Below, piece by piece: positions 1 through 8,129 of a DNA stretch of 64,000 nt. The position numbers and the translations under genes are program-made. The stretch is from an uncultured bacterium (GTDB taxonomy: Bacteria; Patescibacteriota; Minisyncoccia; Phycocordibacterales; CAWITU01). The notes beneath the pieces are model-generated. The model searched no databases, was not told the origin of the DNA, and saw nothing but the letters and a program-made list of their open reading frames with translations. Every line of letters begins with the position of its first letter. The stretch's first letter is position 1. The stretch spans positions 772 through 64,771 of the forward strand of contig CAWITU010000002.1 in the NCBI GenBank assembly GCA_963839205.1. The letters are read 5' to 3'.

Positions 1-96
1 TTTATAGCTATCAATGTTAACTTGATGGGCTAGCGCAGAAGCGCGGTCCCCAGGGTTAATAACTTCCAATTCATAATTCGATGCGTTAATTGACAT
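1..96 (-). CDS. hypothetical protein, 5' end only (gene runs off the window start)
   Basis: ATG at 96-94 with a GAGGA-like RBS about 8 nt upstream. The frame stays open to base 1 (MSINASNYELEVINPGDRASALAHQVNIDSYK...). It is truncated, so absent from the ORF track. Confidence 0.3.
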   Translation of the reverse strand, partial: MSINASNYELEVINPGDRASALAHQVNIDSYK

Positions 97-168
97 AGAT
101 CTAATCCTCACTTTCTCAAGCAATACCCTACAGGAATGACCCCAAAAATACTAGTAGCCCTATCATAT

Positions 169-900
169 TTACTTATATTGTTCTCGATTAATATCTGGTA
201 TACCTGCCTCAGTAAGAATTTGGCGTGACTGAATAATTTGTTCTGCATTTAGACCATCTACAACATCAGTGCCCTCACCATCAACCTCTGTCTTTATGAT
301 ATTTTCAGCTGTTCCTTGTTGAATTCCCACAGCCAACATCCCAAGTGTGCGCTGAAAAGCAAGATTGGTAGCGAGCTTTGTTTTTATAGTCTGAGATATG
401 GCCTTATAACTATTACGAATAGCTAAAACTGAAGCACCCAAAAGTGTTCCCGCCTCAGCAACACGTGGCAAATAGTCCATATAGACCTTAGCCCCTTCTC
501 CCGATTCTGAATTCCCTATCATATTTATAAATTCTTGGACAGGACCATTTAAATCCATATCAGCAAAAACGCCAGCCGCAACAATCCCTGATATAACCGC
601 CCCCTTTACATATTTACTTGGACGAGTGAGATTTTCCTTAATATATTTTTGAAGATCAGCCTTAATTGTCTCGGCAAGTGTTGGGCCATTAAAAGTGTCC
701 TCAAATCCATCTTCTCTTATATACGTGCGCTTTGATAGTTCCTCCTTGATTTGTGTCATTCTCTCCGCAAGAGTCAACTTTTCTTGGGCTATTTCTATAC
801 CCTCTTGTGCTTTGATACCCTCCTCGGGTGTCATTGGTAATCGTCCCATACCTTCGAAATTATCACCTTCATTTGTTTTCATAGGTTTATATCCTTCCAT
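169..900 (-). CDS. hypothetical protein (243 aa) with hydrophobic central segments
   Basis: Long ORF in the track, tightly spaced behind the small ORF 910-1083. No family motif recognised. Confidence 0.55.
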   Translation of the reverse strand: MEGYKPMKTNEGDNFEGMGRLPMTPEEGIKAQEGIEIAQEKLTLAERMTQIKEELSKRTYIREDGFEDTFNGPTLAETIKADLQKYIKENLTRPSKYVKGAVISGIVAAGVFADMDLNGPVQEFINMIGNSESGEGAKVYMDYLPRVAEAGTLLGASVLAIRNSYKAISQTIKTKLATNLAFQRTLGMLAVGIQQGTAENIIKTEVDGEGTDVVDGLNAEQIIQSRQILTEAGIPDINREQYK

Positions 901-909
901 TTCAGTAAA

Positions 910-1083
910 TTATTTTTCTTCTAATTGCTTATCAGTTGGCATTGATTGAAGAGTTGTAACAAATTCTCCAAATAAACCATTAACTGTTTTTAAATAATTA
1001 ACCATTTCATTGTTTGTAGCTGAGCCATCCTTTACTTTTTTAGTAAGAAGGTCTAATTCTTTAGTGTTTAGCGGTTCATTCAT
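910..1083 (-). CDS. small hypothetical protein (57 aa)
   Basis: ATG at 1083, TAA at 912-910, MNEPLNTKELDLLTKKVKDGSATNNEMVNYLKTVNGLFGEFVTTLQSMPTDKQLEEK. It lies 9 nt upstream of the next start and is below the ORF-track size cutoff. Confidence 0.35.
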   Translation of the reverse strand: MNEPLNTKELDLLTKKVKDGSATNNEMVNYLKTVNGLFGEFVTTLQSMPTDKQLEEK

Positions 1084-1132
1084 AAAATAACTATACTGAA
1101 AAACTTAAACATTGTAAAACAGGTGTGTAATG

Positions 1133-1208
1133 TGGTGCGCCCAGTTGGAATCGAACCAACGACCCTCTGCTTAAAAGGCAGGTGCTCTACCGACTGAGCT
1201 ATGGGCGC
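1133..1208 (-). tRNA. tRNA-Lys (anticodon UUU), CCA encoded
   Basis: The reverse complement folds as a cloverleaf: acceptor GCGCCCA/TGGGCGC, anticodon loop CTTTTAA, T-arm GGTTCGATTCC, 3' ACCA. Confidence 0.95.
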
Positions 1209-1212
1209 ATGT

Positions 1213-1449
1213 TTATATTCTATCCTTCAAAAACCTTCTACCAAACCCCATCTTGAAGTACTTCTCCCTTGCAATTGCTTTTTCCTTACTAAGGCAAGCT
1301 TCATAATAAAGTAGTATCAAGGGCCTTCTATCTTTTGTTGCTGGCACTCTGCCCAAATTATGTTTTCTCACTCTTTCTTTTAAATCATCACTCCAACCTA
1401 TATAAAGTTTGGAATCCTTTTGACTCAATAAGACATAAGTATAAAACAT
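1213..1449 (-). CDS. stand-alone GIY-YIG nuclease family protein (78 aa)
   Basis: YTYVLLS..KLYIGWSDDLKERVRKHN ... YYE ... AIAREKYFK matches the small GIY-YIG (UPF0213/COG2827-type) pattern. The stop lies 4 nt from the tRNA-Lys 5' end. Confidence 0.85.
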   Translation of the reverse strand: MFYTYVLLSQKDSKLYIGWSDDLKERVRKHNLGRVPATKDRRPLILLYYEACLSKEKAIAREKYFKMGFGRRFLKDRI

Positions 1450-1475
1450 ATTTGTTTTGCACTAAAGGAACAGCT

Positions 1476-1543
1476 AGTCGACTGACTGAGCTACCTGCCC
1501 GCCACTGGCTTCGCCAGCAGGCGATGGCAGGCGGGTGGGCGCA
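1476..1543 (-). other. tRNA-Lys 5' fragment (acceptor 5' strand + D-arm) split by a 42-nt GC-rich hairpin
   Basis: Minus strand reads GCGCCCA-[CCCGCCTGCCATCGCCTGCTGGCGAAGCCAGTGGCGGGCAGG]-TAGCTCAGTCAGTCG. The flanks copy tRNA-Lys positions 1-7 and 8-19. The insert pairs CCTGCC/GGCAGG, CGCC/GGCG and CTGGC/GCCAG with a GAA loop. Confidence 0.6.
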
Positions 1544-1589
1544 AAAGATAGGGAAATTTATACCATACTTTTAATTATTTTGCATTTAT

Positions 1590-2303
1590 TTAGAGGCTTA
1601 AAATAAACTGCTCGAGAGCGCTTTGAAGTTCGTAGGCTCCACGATGGGCTTCGTGATAAATCTCAACTAATTTTGACGAAAGATTTCTGAGTTCTTTTTC
1701 AGAATAATTCTTTGAGAAACCTTTTGCTTTAGAGTACACAAAAGGTTTGAGCCCAGAGGCGGCGGCCGAATCGGCCGCCGCCGCCAAATTCATTGATTTA
1801 ACCTGCCAAAAAAGAGTACCGTGAATTTCTTCTGGTACTGATCCATTCTTCATTGCTTGAAGATATAGCATCCACAAATTTTTCTTATCTCTCTTCCCTA
1901 AGGCGTCAGACAATCCAAATATATTAAATTCCTTTTTTACTACTTCGTCTTTTTCAGACTCTTGTATTTTCTCAGATTTTTTTTCTATCAATTTCAATGA
2001 GTCCTTATCCAGTTTTTGTTCAATGAAGATAAATATATGCTCCGAGGAAGATATCTCGTCTAGCTTTGAAATAATTCTTTCTTTTGCTTCATCATTTTCA
2101 AAAACATGATCAAAAAGCACAATGTACTTTGCTTCAAAAAGACCTTTTCCTTCAATAAAATTATCTAGTTCTGCTTCATTCCAATTATCCGATTCAATTT
2201 TATAGAAAGAAGCATTTGGTTTTCTCTTCAAAAGACTGTCCTTAAGTGCAGTCGCTTTTTCTCTCGTTTTTTGTCGATCTTGTCCGTAAAAAAAATAAAT
2301 CAT
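1590..2303 (-). CDS. holA: DNA polymerase III delta subunit-like (short HolA)
   Basis: N-terminal IYFFYGQD start and FGLSDALGKRDKKNLWMLYLQAMKNGSVPEEIHGTLFWQVKSM resemble the HolA clamp-loader delta subunit. It overlaps the polA stop by 4 nt (operon). Confidence 0.6.
   Translation of the reverse strand: MIYFFYGQDRQKTREKATALKDSLLKRKPNASFYKIESDNWNEAELDNFIEGKGLFEAKYIVLFDHVFENDEAKERIISKLDEISSSEHIFIFIEQKLDKDSLKLIEKKSEKIQESEKDEVVKKEFNIFGLSDALGKRDKKNLWMLYLQAMKNGSVPEEIHGTLFWQVKSMNLAAAADSAAASGLKPFVYSKAKGFSKNYSEKELRNLSSKLVEIYHEAHRGAYELQSALEQFILSL
1758..1782. repeat. intragenic GC-only hairpin, 11-bp perfect stem, 3-nt loop (in holA)
   Basis: GGCGGCGGCCG-aat-CGGCCGCCGCC. It encodes the low-complexity insert AAAADSAAAS, using GCG on one arm and GCC on the other. 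Confidence 0.9.
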
Positions 2304-4702
2304 AGTTGTTTCATAACTTGCCAGCTTGGTCCAACTTTTGCTTCTGCTTTCATCACAATTCCTTCTGTCTCACTAAGCGGCACCACATCTTCCATTACTT
2401 TTTTAATTTTAGTAGCGATACTTTCTAATACATCATCTTGTACTTCATATAATAATTCATCATGAACCTGAAGTAGTGGATAAACTTTTTCCTCTAATTT
2501 TTCTTTAACCAAAAATTCGTCCACTTTAATCATGGCTAATTTAACTATGTCAGCCCCAGTCCCTTGGACTGGGGCGTTTATTGCCATTCTTTCAGCCATC
2601 GCTTTTATAAAAGGTAATTTCGATTTAAGACCCGGAAAATATCTTCTCCTACCAAATAATGTTTCGGTATATCCCCTTCTCATAGCCTCTCCTTTTACAT
2701 TATCCAAATATTCAGCAAGCCCAGAAAACGTTTTAAAGTAATCATCATAAAATTTTTGAGCAGTTGCTCTATCTGATCCCAAATTAGTACGCAAAGCATT
2801 AACTCCCATACCATAAATAATTCCAAAATTTATAACCTTAGCTTGTCTTCTCATTTCTTTATCAACCTTATCAAGTGGAACCCCAAAAACTTCAGAGGCA
2901 ACTGCCGTATGAATATCCTCGCCTTCTTTAAATATAGAAATTAGTTTTTTATCTTTCGAAAGAAAAGCGGCAATACGAAGTTCCATTTGAGAATAATCCA
3001 ATGATAAGAGCGAAAATCCTTTTTCGGCAATAAAAGCCTTACGAATATTTCGGCCAAGTTCACTTTTGATTGGAATATTTTGTAAATTTGGATTTTGTGA
3101 AGCCATTCGTCCGGTAGTGGAACCAGTTTGAATTAGAGTGGTATGAAGTCTCCCGTCTTTTGCGACGAGATCTGGAATTGAATCAATATAAGTAGTTAAA
3201 AGTTTTGAAAGCTCACGATATTTGAGTACTTCTTTGATTATTGGGTGAAGATCAGTCATCTTTTCTAACTCTGATTCTTTGGTTGATTTTGCGCCACCAC
3301 CAGTTTTCTTCTGGTTCTTAACCTTAAGCCCCATTTTTTCAAACAAAATTACTCCGAGCTGTTTTGGTGAAGAGACATTAAATTTCTCCCCGGACATCTC
3401 CCAAATCTTTTCTTCAATACTTGAAAGTTCCTTATGATATTCCTTGGAAAGCCTTTTCAGTTCTGCGGTATCTACCTTTATTCCCCTCTTTTCAATTTTT
3501 CCAATTACAGAAATCAGGGGTAATTCAATTTTTTCAAAAACCTTTTCCAAATCTCTTTTTTTAAGCTCGGCAAAAATAATTTCTGAGGCTTTAGTAAAGT
3601 CCTCAATCTTTGCAAAACTAGTTATGTCCTCTAGGGTCGGATTCGTTATTTCTGAATTAATAATCCAAAGAGCTACTGCTGTTTTTTTAAATTCTATTTC
3701 ATCAATTTTCTGTACTTCTTTTACAGATTCTTTCTCAAGCGAAAATTCTTTCTGACTAATCCCTTGGGCTTCAAAAAAAATCTGATCGAGTCTGGCCGAT
3801 AGGCTTCTAAAATCTAAGTCAGCGAAAAATTTTTTAACCTCGTCCTTTGAAAAAGTTTCTTTCCAAGTTTTTTCTGGTAAATCAAAATCAATTGGAGCGT
3901 CTCGACGAATGGTCGCAAGCATTTTAGAAAATTCCGCCTCTTCCTCACCATCTTGAAGTAATTTAATTATTCTATCTGTTAAACCTTCTTTTTTAAATTC
4001 ATCTGGATTCTTTTTCAAAATGTTGTACATACTTTCTATCGTCCCAAATTTTTGAAGAAGGGTTGATGCGGTCTTTTCACCAATCCCAGCAATGCCAATT
4101 ATGTTATCTGACGGGTCGCCACGTAGTCCTTTAAAATCAGGAAGTAGTTTTGGTGGAAAACCAAAACGATCAACAACCGCTTTTTCGTCATACATAACTG
4201 TGTCATTAATTCCCTTTTTCAAAGTGTAAGCTTTGACTCTATCGCCATCTACCAATTGAAGTGTGTCCATATCTCCGGACGCAATAATAATTTCAATATC
4301 ATTATTGTCTTTCAACTTTTCAACAATCGTTCCCAACATGTCGTCAGCCTCAAACCCTGGCTTGTCATACATTGGAATATTAAAAGATTTAAAAACATCT
4401 CTTGATTTAATTATTTGGGAAATAAGTTCCGGATCAGCCTTTTTTCTACCAGCTTTGTATTCAGCATAAGCCTCGTGCCTATATGTAGGTTCCGGTAAAT
4501 CATAACAAGCGGCTAAATAGTCTGGTTTCAAATCATGAATAATTCGAAGGAGCATGGAAGATAGCCCATATAAACCTCCGGTTGCTTCTCCTTTGCTTGA
4601 GACAAAATCAGGAAGGGCGTGATACGCCCGGTGAAGAATTGCATGAGCATCAAAAAGAATTAGTCTTTTTCTATTTGATTGTGATTTCTCTTTCTTTGTC
4701 AT
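2300..4702 (-). CDS. polA: DNA polymerase I (5'-3' exonuclease + polymerase domains)
   Basis: 800 aa. Contains LILFDAHAILHRAYHAL (5' nuclease), DYSQMELRIAA (motif A), RRQAKVINFGIIYG (motif B) and LQVHDELLYEV (motif C). Confidence 0.95.
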   Translation of the reverse strand: MTKKEKSQSNRKRLILFDAHAILHRAYHALPDFVSSKGEATGGLYGLSSMLLRIIHDLKPDYLAACYDLPEPTYRHEAYAEYKAGRKKADPELISQIIKSRDVFKSFNIPMYDKPGFEADDMLGTIVEKLKDNNDIEIIIASGDMDTLQLVDGDRVKAYTLKKGINDTVMYDEKAVVDRFGFPPKLLPDFKGLRGDPSDNIIGIAGIGEKTASTLLQKFGTIESMYNILKKNPDEFKKEGLTDRIIKLLQDGEEEAEFSKMLATIRRDAPIDFDLPEKTWKETFSKDEVKKFFADLDFRSLSARLDQIFFEAQGISQKEFSLEKESVKEVQKIDEIEFKKTAVALWIINSEITNPTLEDITSFAKIEDFTKASEIIFAELKKRDLEKVFEKIELPLISVIGKIEKRGIKVDTAELKRLSKEYHKELSSIEEKIWEMSGEKFNVSSPKQLGVILFEKMGLKVKNQKKTGGGAKSTKESELEKMTDLHPIIKEVLKYRELSKLLTTYIDSIPDLVAKDGRLHTTLIQTGSTTGRMASQNPNLQNIPIKSELGRNIRKAFIAEKGFSLLSLDYSQMELRIAAFLSKDKKLISIFKEGEDIHTAVASEVFGVPLDKVDKEMRRQAKVINFGIIYGMGVNALRTNLGSDRATAQKFYDDYFKTFSGLAEYLDNVKGEAMRRGYTETLFGRRRYFPGLKSKLPFIKAMAERMAINAPVQGTGADIVKLAMIKVDEFLVKEKLEEKVYPLLQVHDELLYEVQDDVLESIATKIKKVMEDVVPLSETEGIVMKAEAKVGPSWQVMKQL
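2543..2565. repeat. intragenic hairpin, 10-bp perfect stem, 3-nt loop (in polA)
   Basis: GCCCCAGTCC-ctt-GGACTGGGGC, overlying the conserved INAPVQGTGAD segment. Confidence 0.85.
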
Positions 4703-5108
4703 TAATATGAGTGAAATAAATTAATGCGGCATCTTTCGGTAAAATTCCTTTAACTTTTTCTGGCCATTCAATAAAAATAATATTTTTCGGATTTTCTGCG
4801 ATTTCTTTAAATCCTAGTTTCAAAAGTTCTTCGGCGCTTTCAAGTCGGTATGCATCAATGTGAATTAAATGTTCAAAATTTTCTGTTTTAATCTTATAGA
4901 TTTTTTCGATTACAAACGTTGGGCTCTGAACAGTATCTGTCACCCCGAGTGATTTGGCAACTGCCTTAACAAAAGCCGTTTTACCGGCTCCAAGATTACC
5001 GGACAAACCAACAATAATTGCTCCATTGTGTTTTTTCTTCAAAATATCTTTCACAAATTCTTTAGCTATTTTTTCAGTTTCTTTTGGGCTTTTCGATACA
5101 AGTTTCAT
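4671..5108 (-). CDS. tsaE: tRNA t6A37 biosynthesis ATPase TsaE
   Basis: 145 aa with P-loop GNLGAGKTAFVK, SPTF and HIDAYRL motifs typical of YjeE/TsaE. Confidence 0.85.
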   Translation of the reverse strand: MKLVSKSPKETEKIAKEFVKDILKKKHNGAIIVGLSGNLGAGKTAFVKAVAKSLGVTDTVQSPTFVIEKIYKIKTENFEHLIHIDAYRLESAEELLKLGFKEIAENPKNIIFIEWPEKVKGILPKDAALIYFTHINDKEREITIK

Positions 5109-5130
5109 TCAACAATTATAACATCCAGAC

Positions 5131-5169
5131 AAACAAAAAAGGCGCAGAATGAGTAAATCATTCTGCGCC
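5131..5169 (-). terminator. rho-independent terminator of the GC-rich cassette
   Basis: GGCGCAGAATGA-gtaaa-TCATTCTGCGCC (12 bp), followed on the minus strand by TTTTTTGTTT. Confidence 0.8.
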
Positions 5170-5189
5170 CCATAACATAATCGTCAGCG

Positions 5190-5753
5190 TTAGTGAGCCT
5201 GGTGCGAGTTCGCACTCCCGCCACGACTTCCACCACTAGAGTAACAGGTGGTGGTTGTCCTTGTCGGGCAATACGTCTGCCTCTGCTGAGTTGAGCAGTA
5301 CGTCTGCTGCCGTTGGGGAGTGTACTGTTGCCGATACCCCCCACGATTGTACCCACCACCAAAGATAAGCCAGATCGGCGGCAGACTGCAGTACGGCGTT
5401 CCCTGAGCCCAACTATCGTACCAAATCCTTCCAGATGGCTGGGGTTGGCAAGACTGACTACCTCCACTGACAACATTGCTGTTGTAGTTGTCATTATTAT
5501 TTACAACGTTTACCGCTGGCGATTCGGTAGATGCCGGTGTCTGTACGACAGGCTCAGGTGTCGGAGCAGGAGGCGTAGGCGGCTGAACAACAACTTGTTC
5601 CTCAACCAAATCCACCGGATTTCCGCAATCCGCTTTGTACCGCGGAACTAAATTTCCGTCTGGTCCGTACTCACAAGCCAACACAACATCCGGCTTGAAA
5701 CACATAACTCTGGCCTGATCCAGTTCCCGGACAATAGTTGTAAAACTTGGCAT
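5190..5753 (-). CDS. low-complexity Cys/Pro/Gly/Gln-rich hypothetical protein in a GC-rich island
   Basis: 187-aa ORF with a PTPPAPTPEP linker, an N-rich tract and a GGYNRGGYRQQY tail. There is no RBS before its ATG, and its frame is open upstream to 5846, so it may be the frameshifted continuation of 5795-6037. Confidence 0.45.
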   Translation of the reverse strand: MPSFTTIVRELDQARVMCFKPDVVLACEYGPDGNLVPRYKADCGNPVDLVEEQVVVQPPTPPAPTPEPVVQTPASTESPAVNVVNNNDNYNSNVVSGGSQSCQPQPSGRIWYDSWAQGTPYCSLPPIWLIFGGGYNRGGYRQQYTPQRQQTYCSTQQRQTYCPTRTTTTCYSSGGSRGGSANSHQAH

Positions 5754-5794
5754 TGTCCAAGCACAACTCCGCGACCGTTTTGAGCACGTAGTGA

Positions 5795-6037
5795 TTACTC
5801 TCGAACGTCTTGATGCAGCGCCGCGCGTTTCTGCTCCGGCGTCCAGTTAGCCGAGATGGTCGGGAAGGCCCGATCAAAGTGGTGATGAACCACCGGCTCG
5901 TGCACCTGTTGAACATTGGTCTGGACCACAACGGAACCCGTCGCGTCCGGAATACCGACAACCTGCGCCGACACTGATATCTGACTGACGATTAAGCTGA
6001 CAAAGAGCGCGAGAAGCGCTCCAAGGAATTTTTTCAT
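5795..6037 (-). CDS. small secreted protein (signal peptide) in a GC-rich island
   Basis: MKKFLGALLALFVSLIVSQISVSAQ is a signal-peptide-like N-terminus. An AGGAGA RBS lies 8 nt upstream of the ATG at 6037. Confidence 0.6.
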   Translation of the reverse strand: MKKFLGALLALFVSLIVSQISVSAQVVGIPDATGSVVVQTNVQQVHEPVVHHHFDRAFPTISANWTPEQKRAALHQDVRE

Positions 6038-6214
6038 AACGGTATCTCCTGGGTTTGCCTTTTTCTAACACCTACACCAGTAGACGAGAGAAAGGAGGCG
6101 TTTCTTACTGCTTCTAACGTTTGCCAAGAGTATATCACAATTGCAGTAAAAGTCAAGGGTCAAATACCCTCTTTTCCTATAGGTCAAAACTCAAAAAAGG
6201 GCTATACTTAGCGC

Positions 6215-7945
6215 ATGGTTGAGTTTAATGAAGACAAACAAAATTTAAGAGTTCAGGCTTTACGCAAACAAGAAGAGGAAGAGTTGGCTCAAATCCTTTC
6301 TCAAAAGTACGGTATTCCCTATATTGACCTTACTGGCATTCCAATTAACACCGATGCTCTCAGATTAATCCCAGAGGAAGAAGCGAGAAAAAATCAGATG
6401 GCTGGTTTTAATATTGTTGGTAAAAAAGTTCAAGTTGCTGTCTTTGCTCCTCAAAAACAAGAGGTCCAAGAATCTATCAAAGCTCTTGAGGCTAAAGGTT
6501 TTACAATTATTCCTTTTATAACTAGCACGGGTAGCTTAGAAAAAGCCTGGGGAAGATATGCGGAAATTTCTTTTGCTGCCGAAACCAAAGCTGGCTCACT
6601 TGATATTTCAACCGAAGAGATTGAATCGTTTTTAAATGAAGTTAAATCAATTGACGACGTCGGTCGTCTGATAAAAGATGCTCTCGCCCTGAAACGCGCT
6701 TACCGAACCTCCAGAATTTTAAGCATTATCATGGCCGGATCACTTGCAACTAAAGCTTCCGACATCCACATAGAACCAGAAGAAGGTTTTACTAGATTAC
6801 GTTATCGATTGGACGGTGTGCTTATTGAAGCATTAGATTTTGATAAAGATACCTACAATTTATTGCTCTCACGTATTAAACTTCTTTCTAATTTAAAATT
6901 AAATATCAAGGAAAACGCTCAAGACGGGCGCTTCAGCGTAAAAATTAAAGACAAAGACATTGAAATTAGAACTTCCCTTCTACCTGGTGCATATGGCGAA
7001 TCAATCGTTATGCGTATTCTTGATCCAAAATCTATTTCGGTCCCTATGGAAGACCTTGGAATGCCACCTAAACTTTTGGCCATCATCCAACATGAAATTC
7101 AAAAGCCGAACGGTATGCTTTTGACTACCGGCCCTACTGGATCAGGTAAAACCACTTCTTTGTATGCTTTCTTAAAAAAAATTTATTCTCCAGAAGTTAA
7201 AATTATTACTATTGAAGACCCTATTGAATACCATTTACCCGGAATTGTTCAAACCCAGGTGGACATAAAGAGAGATTATACTTTTGCGAACGGTCTTCGT
7301 GCGGTGCTTAGACAGGACCCTGACGTGCTTATGGTTGGTGAAATTCGAGACTCAGATACTGCAGAAACTGCAATTAATGCTTCACTTACTGGACACTTAG
7401 TGTTCTCAACACTTCACACCAATGACGCCCCAGGAGCTTTCCCCCGCTTGATTGACCTTGGTGTTAACTCAAAAGTTTTAACGTCCGCAATTAGTATTAC
7501 GATGGCTCAACGATTAGTTAGAAAGATTTGTAAAAGTTGTATATATCAAATAGAACTTCCAAAAGAGAGATTGGAAATTGTAAAAAGAATTATTGCTTCA
7601 ATGCCCGAAGATGAAAAACCTAAATCAGATTTGAAATTCTTCTCAGGTAAAGGATGTGAGGCTTGTAATAAAATTGGATACGCAGGGAGAATTGGTATTT
7701 ATGAAGGAGTGTTAACCGACGCTAATATTGAAAAGGTTGTTGAATCAAATCCAAGTGAAAGAGAGATCCGACTAGCTGCGAGACCTCAAGGAATTATGAC
7801 CATGACACAAGATGGAATTCAAAAAGTTTTGGCAGGCATAACTTCTCTAGATGAACTAGAAAGAGTGGTTGATTTGGAGGCTGATCTTTACTATAGTGAT
7901 GATAAACCAGCTGAGAAAGTAGGGATTCAGGAAACAAATCTCTAA
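6215..7945 (+). CDS. pilB: GspE/PilB-family type IV pilus/type II secretion ATPase
   Basis: 576 aa with Walker A GPTGSGKTTS, the Asp box/Walker B region DPDVLMVGEIRD, the His box TGHLVFSTLHTN, and tetracysteine CKSC...CEAC. Confidence 0.9.
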   Translation: MVEFNEDKQNLRVQALRKQEEEELAQILSQKYGIPYIDLTGIPINTDALRLIPEEEARKNQMAGFNIVGKKVQVAVFAPQKQEVQESIKALEAKGFTIIPFITSTGSLEKAWGRYAEISFAAETKAGSLDISTEEIESFLNEVKSIDDVGRLIKDALALKRAYRTSRILSIIMAGSLATKASDIHIEPEEGFTRLRYRLDGVLIEALDFDKDTYNLLLSRIKLLSNLKLNIKENAQDGRFSVKIKDKDIEIRTSLLPGAYGESIVMRILDPKSISVPMEDLGMPPKLLAIIQHEIQKPNGMLLTTGPTGSGKTTSLYAFLKKIYSPEVKIITIEDPIEYHLPGIVQTQVDIKRDYTFANGLRAVLRQDPDVLMVGEIRDSDTAETAINASLTGHLVFSTLHTNDAPGAFPRLIDLGVNSKVLTSAISITMAQRLVRKICKSCIYQIELPKERLEIVKRIIASMPEDEKPKSDLKFFSGKGCEACNKIGYAGRIGIYEGVLTDANIEKVVESNPSEREIRLAARPQGIMTMTQDGIQKVLAGITSLDELERVVDLEADLYYSDDKPAEKVGIQETNL

Positions 7946-8079
7946 GCAACGCTTTCAATGAATTAAAAGTTTGATGAACCTTTGAGGATAATTCCAGCAT
8001 AAAACGAGTCTACCCAGAATGTCCTTTAAGATTCACCAATGTGATACCCTTGCGGGTACCGAATTGCTTAGAGATTTGT
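7934..8079. repeat. 16-bp perfect inverted repeats flanking a 114-nt spacer (MITE-like element or large RNA stem)
   Basis: ACAAATCTCTAAGCAA (7934-7949, overlapping the pilB stop) pairs with TTGCTTAGAGATTTGT (8064-8079). After one mismatch, 2 more bp pair. Confidence 0.8.
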
Positions 8080-8129
8080 GTCTTGAATATGAGTTACTTT
8101 CAAAGGTAGCTTAGCATAACTTTATCTAA

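Noticed and set aside
1335-1574. Plus-strand ORF 1335-1574 (79 aa)
   Set aside because: It is antisense to the GIY-YIG gene and runs through the tRNA-like fragment and hairpin. It has no coding features.
2271-4469. Plus-strand ORFs inside polA (2271-2465, 2532-2741, 3444-3755, 4263-4469), and similar antisense ORFs inside tyrS, the PBP gene, dnaN, pnp, comM, rny and murE
   Set aside because: They lie entirely antisense to long motif-rich genes. Their composition is low-complexity Ser/Ile/Phe-rich, typical of shadow frames in AT-rich DNA, and they have no RBS or motifs.
5105-6071. Overlapping ORFs 5105-5494, 5313-5651, 5671-5961 and 5874-6071 in the GC-rich island
   Set aside because: High GC removes stop codons in all frames. 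Only the frame with a signal peptide plus RBS, and its likely continuation, are supported. The others are Arg/Pro/Gly-rich shadow frames.
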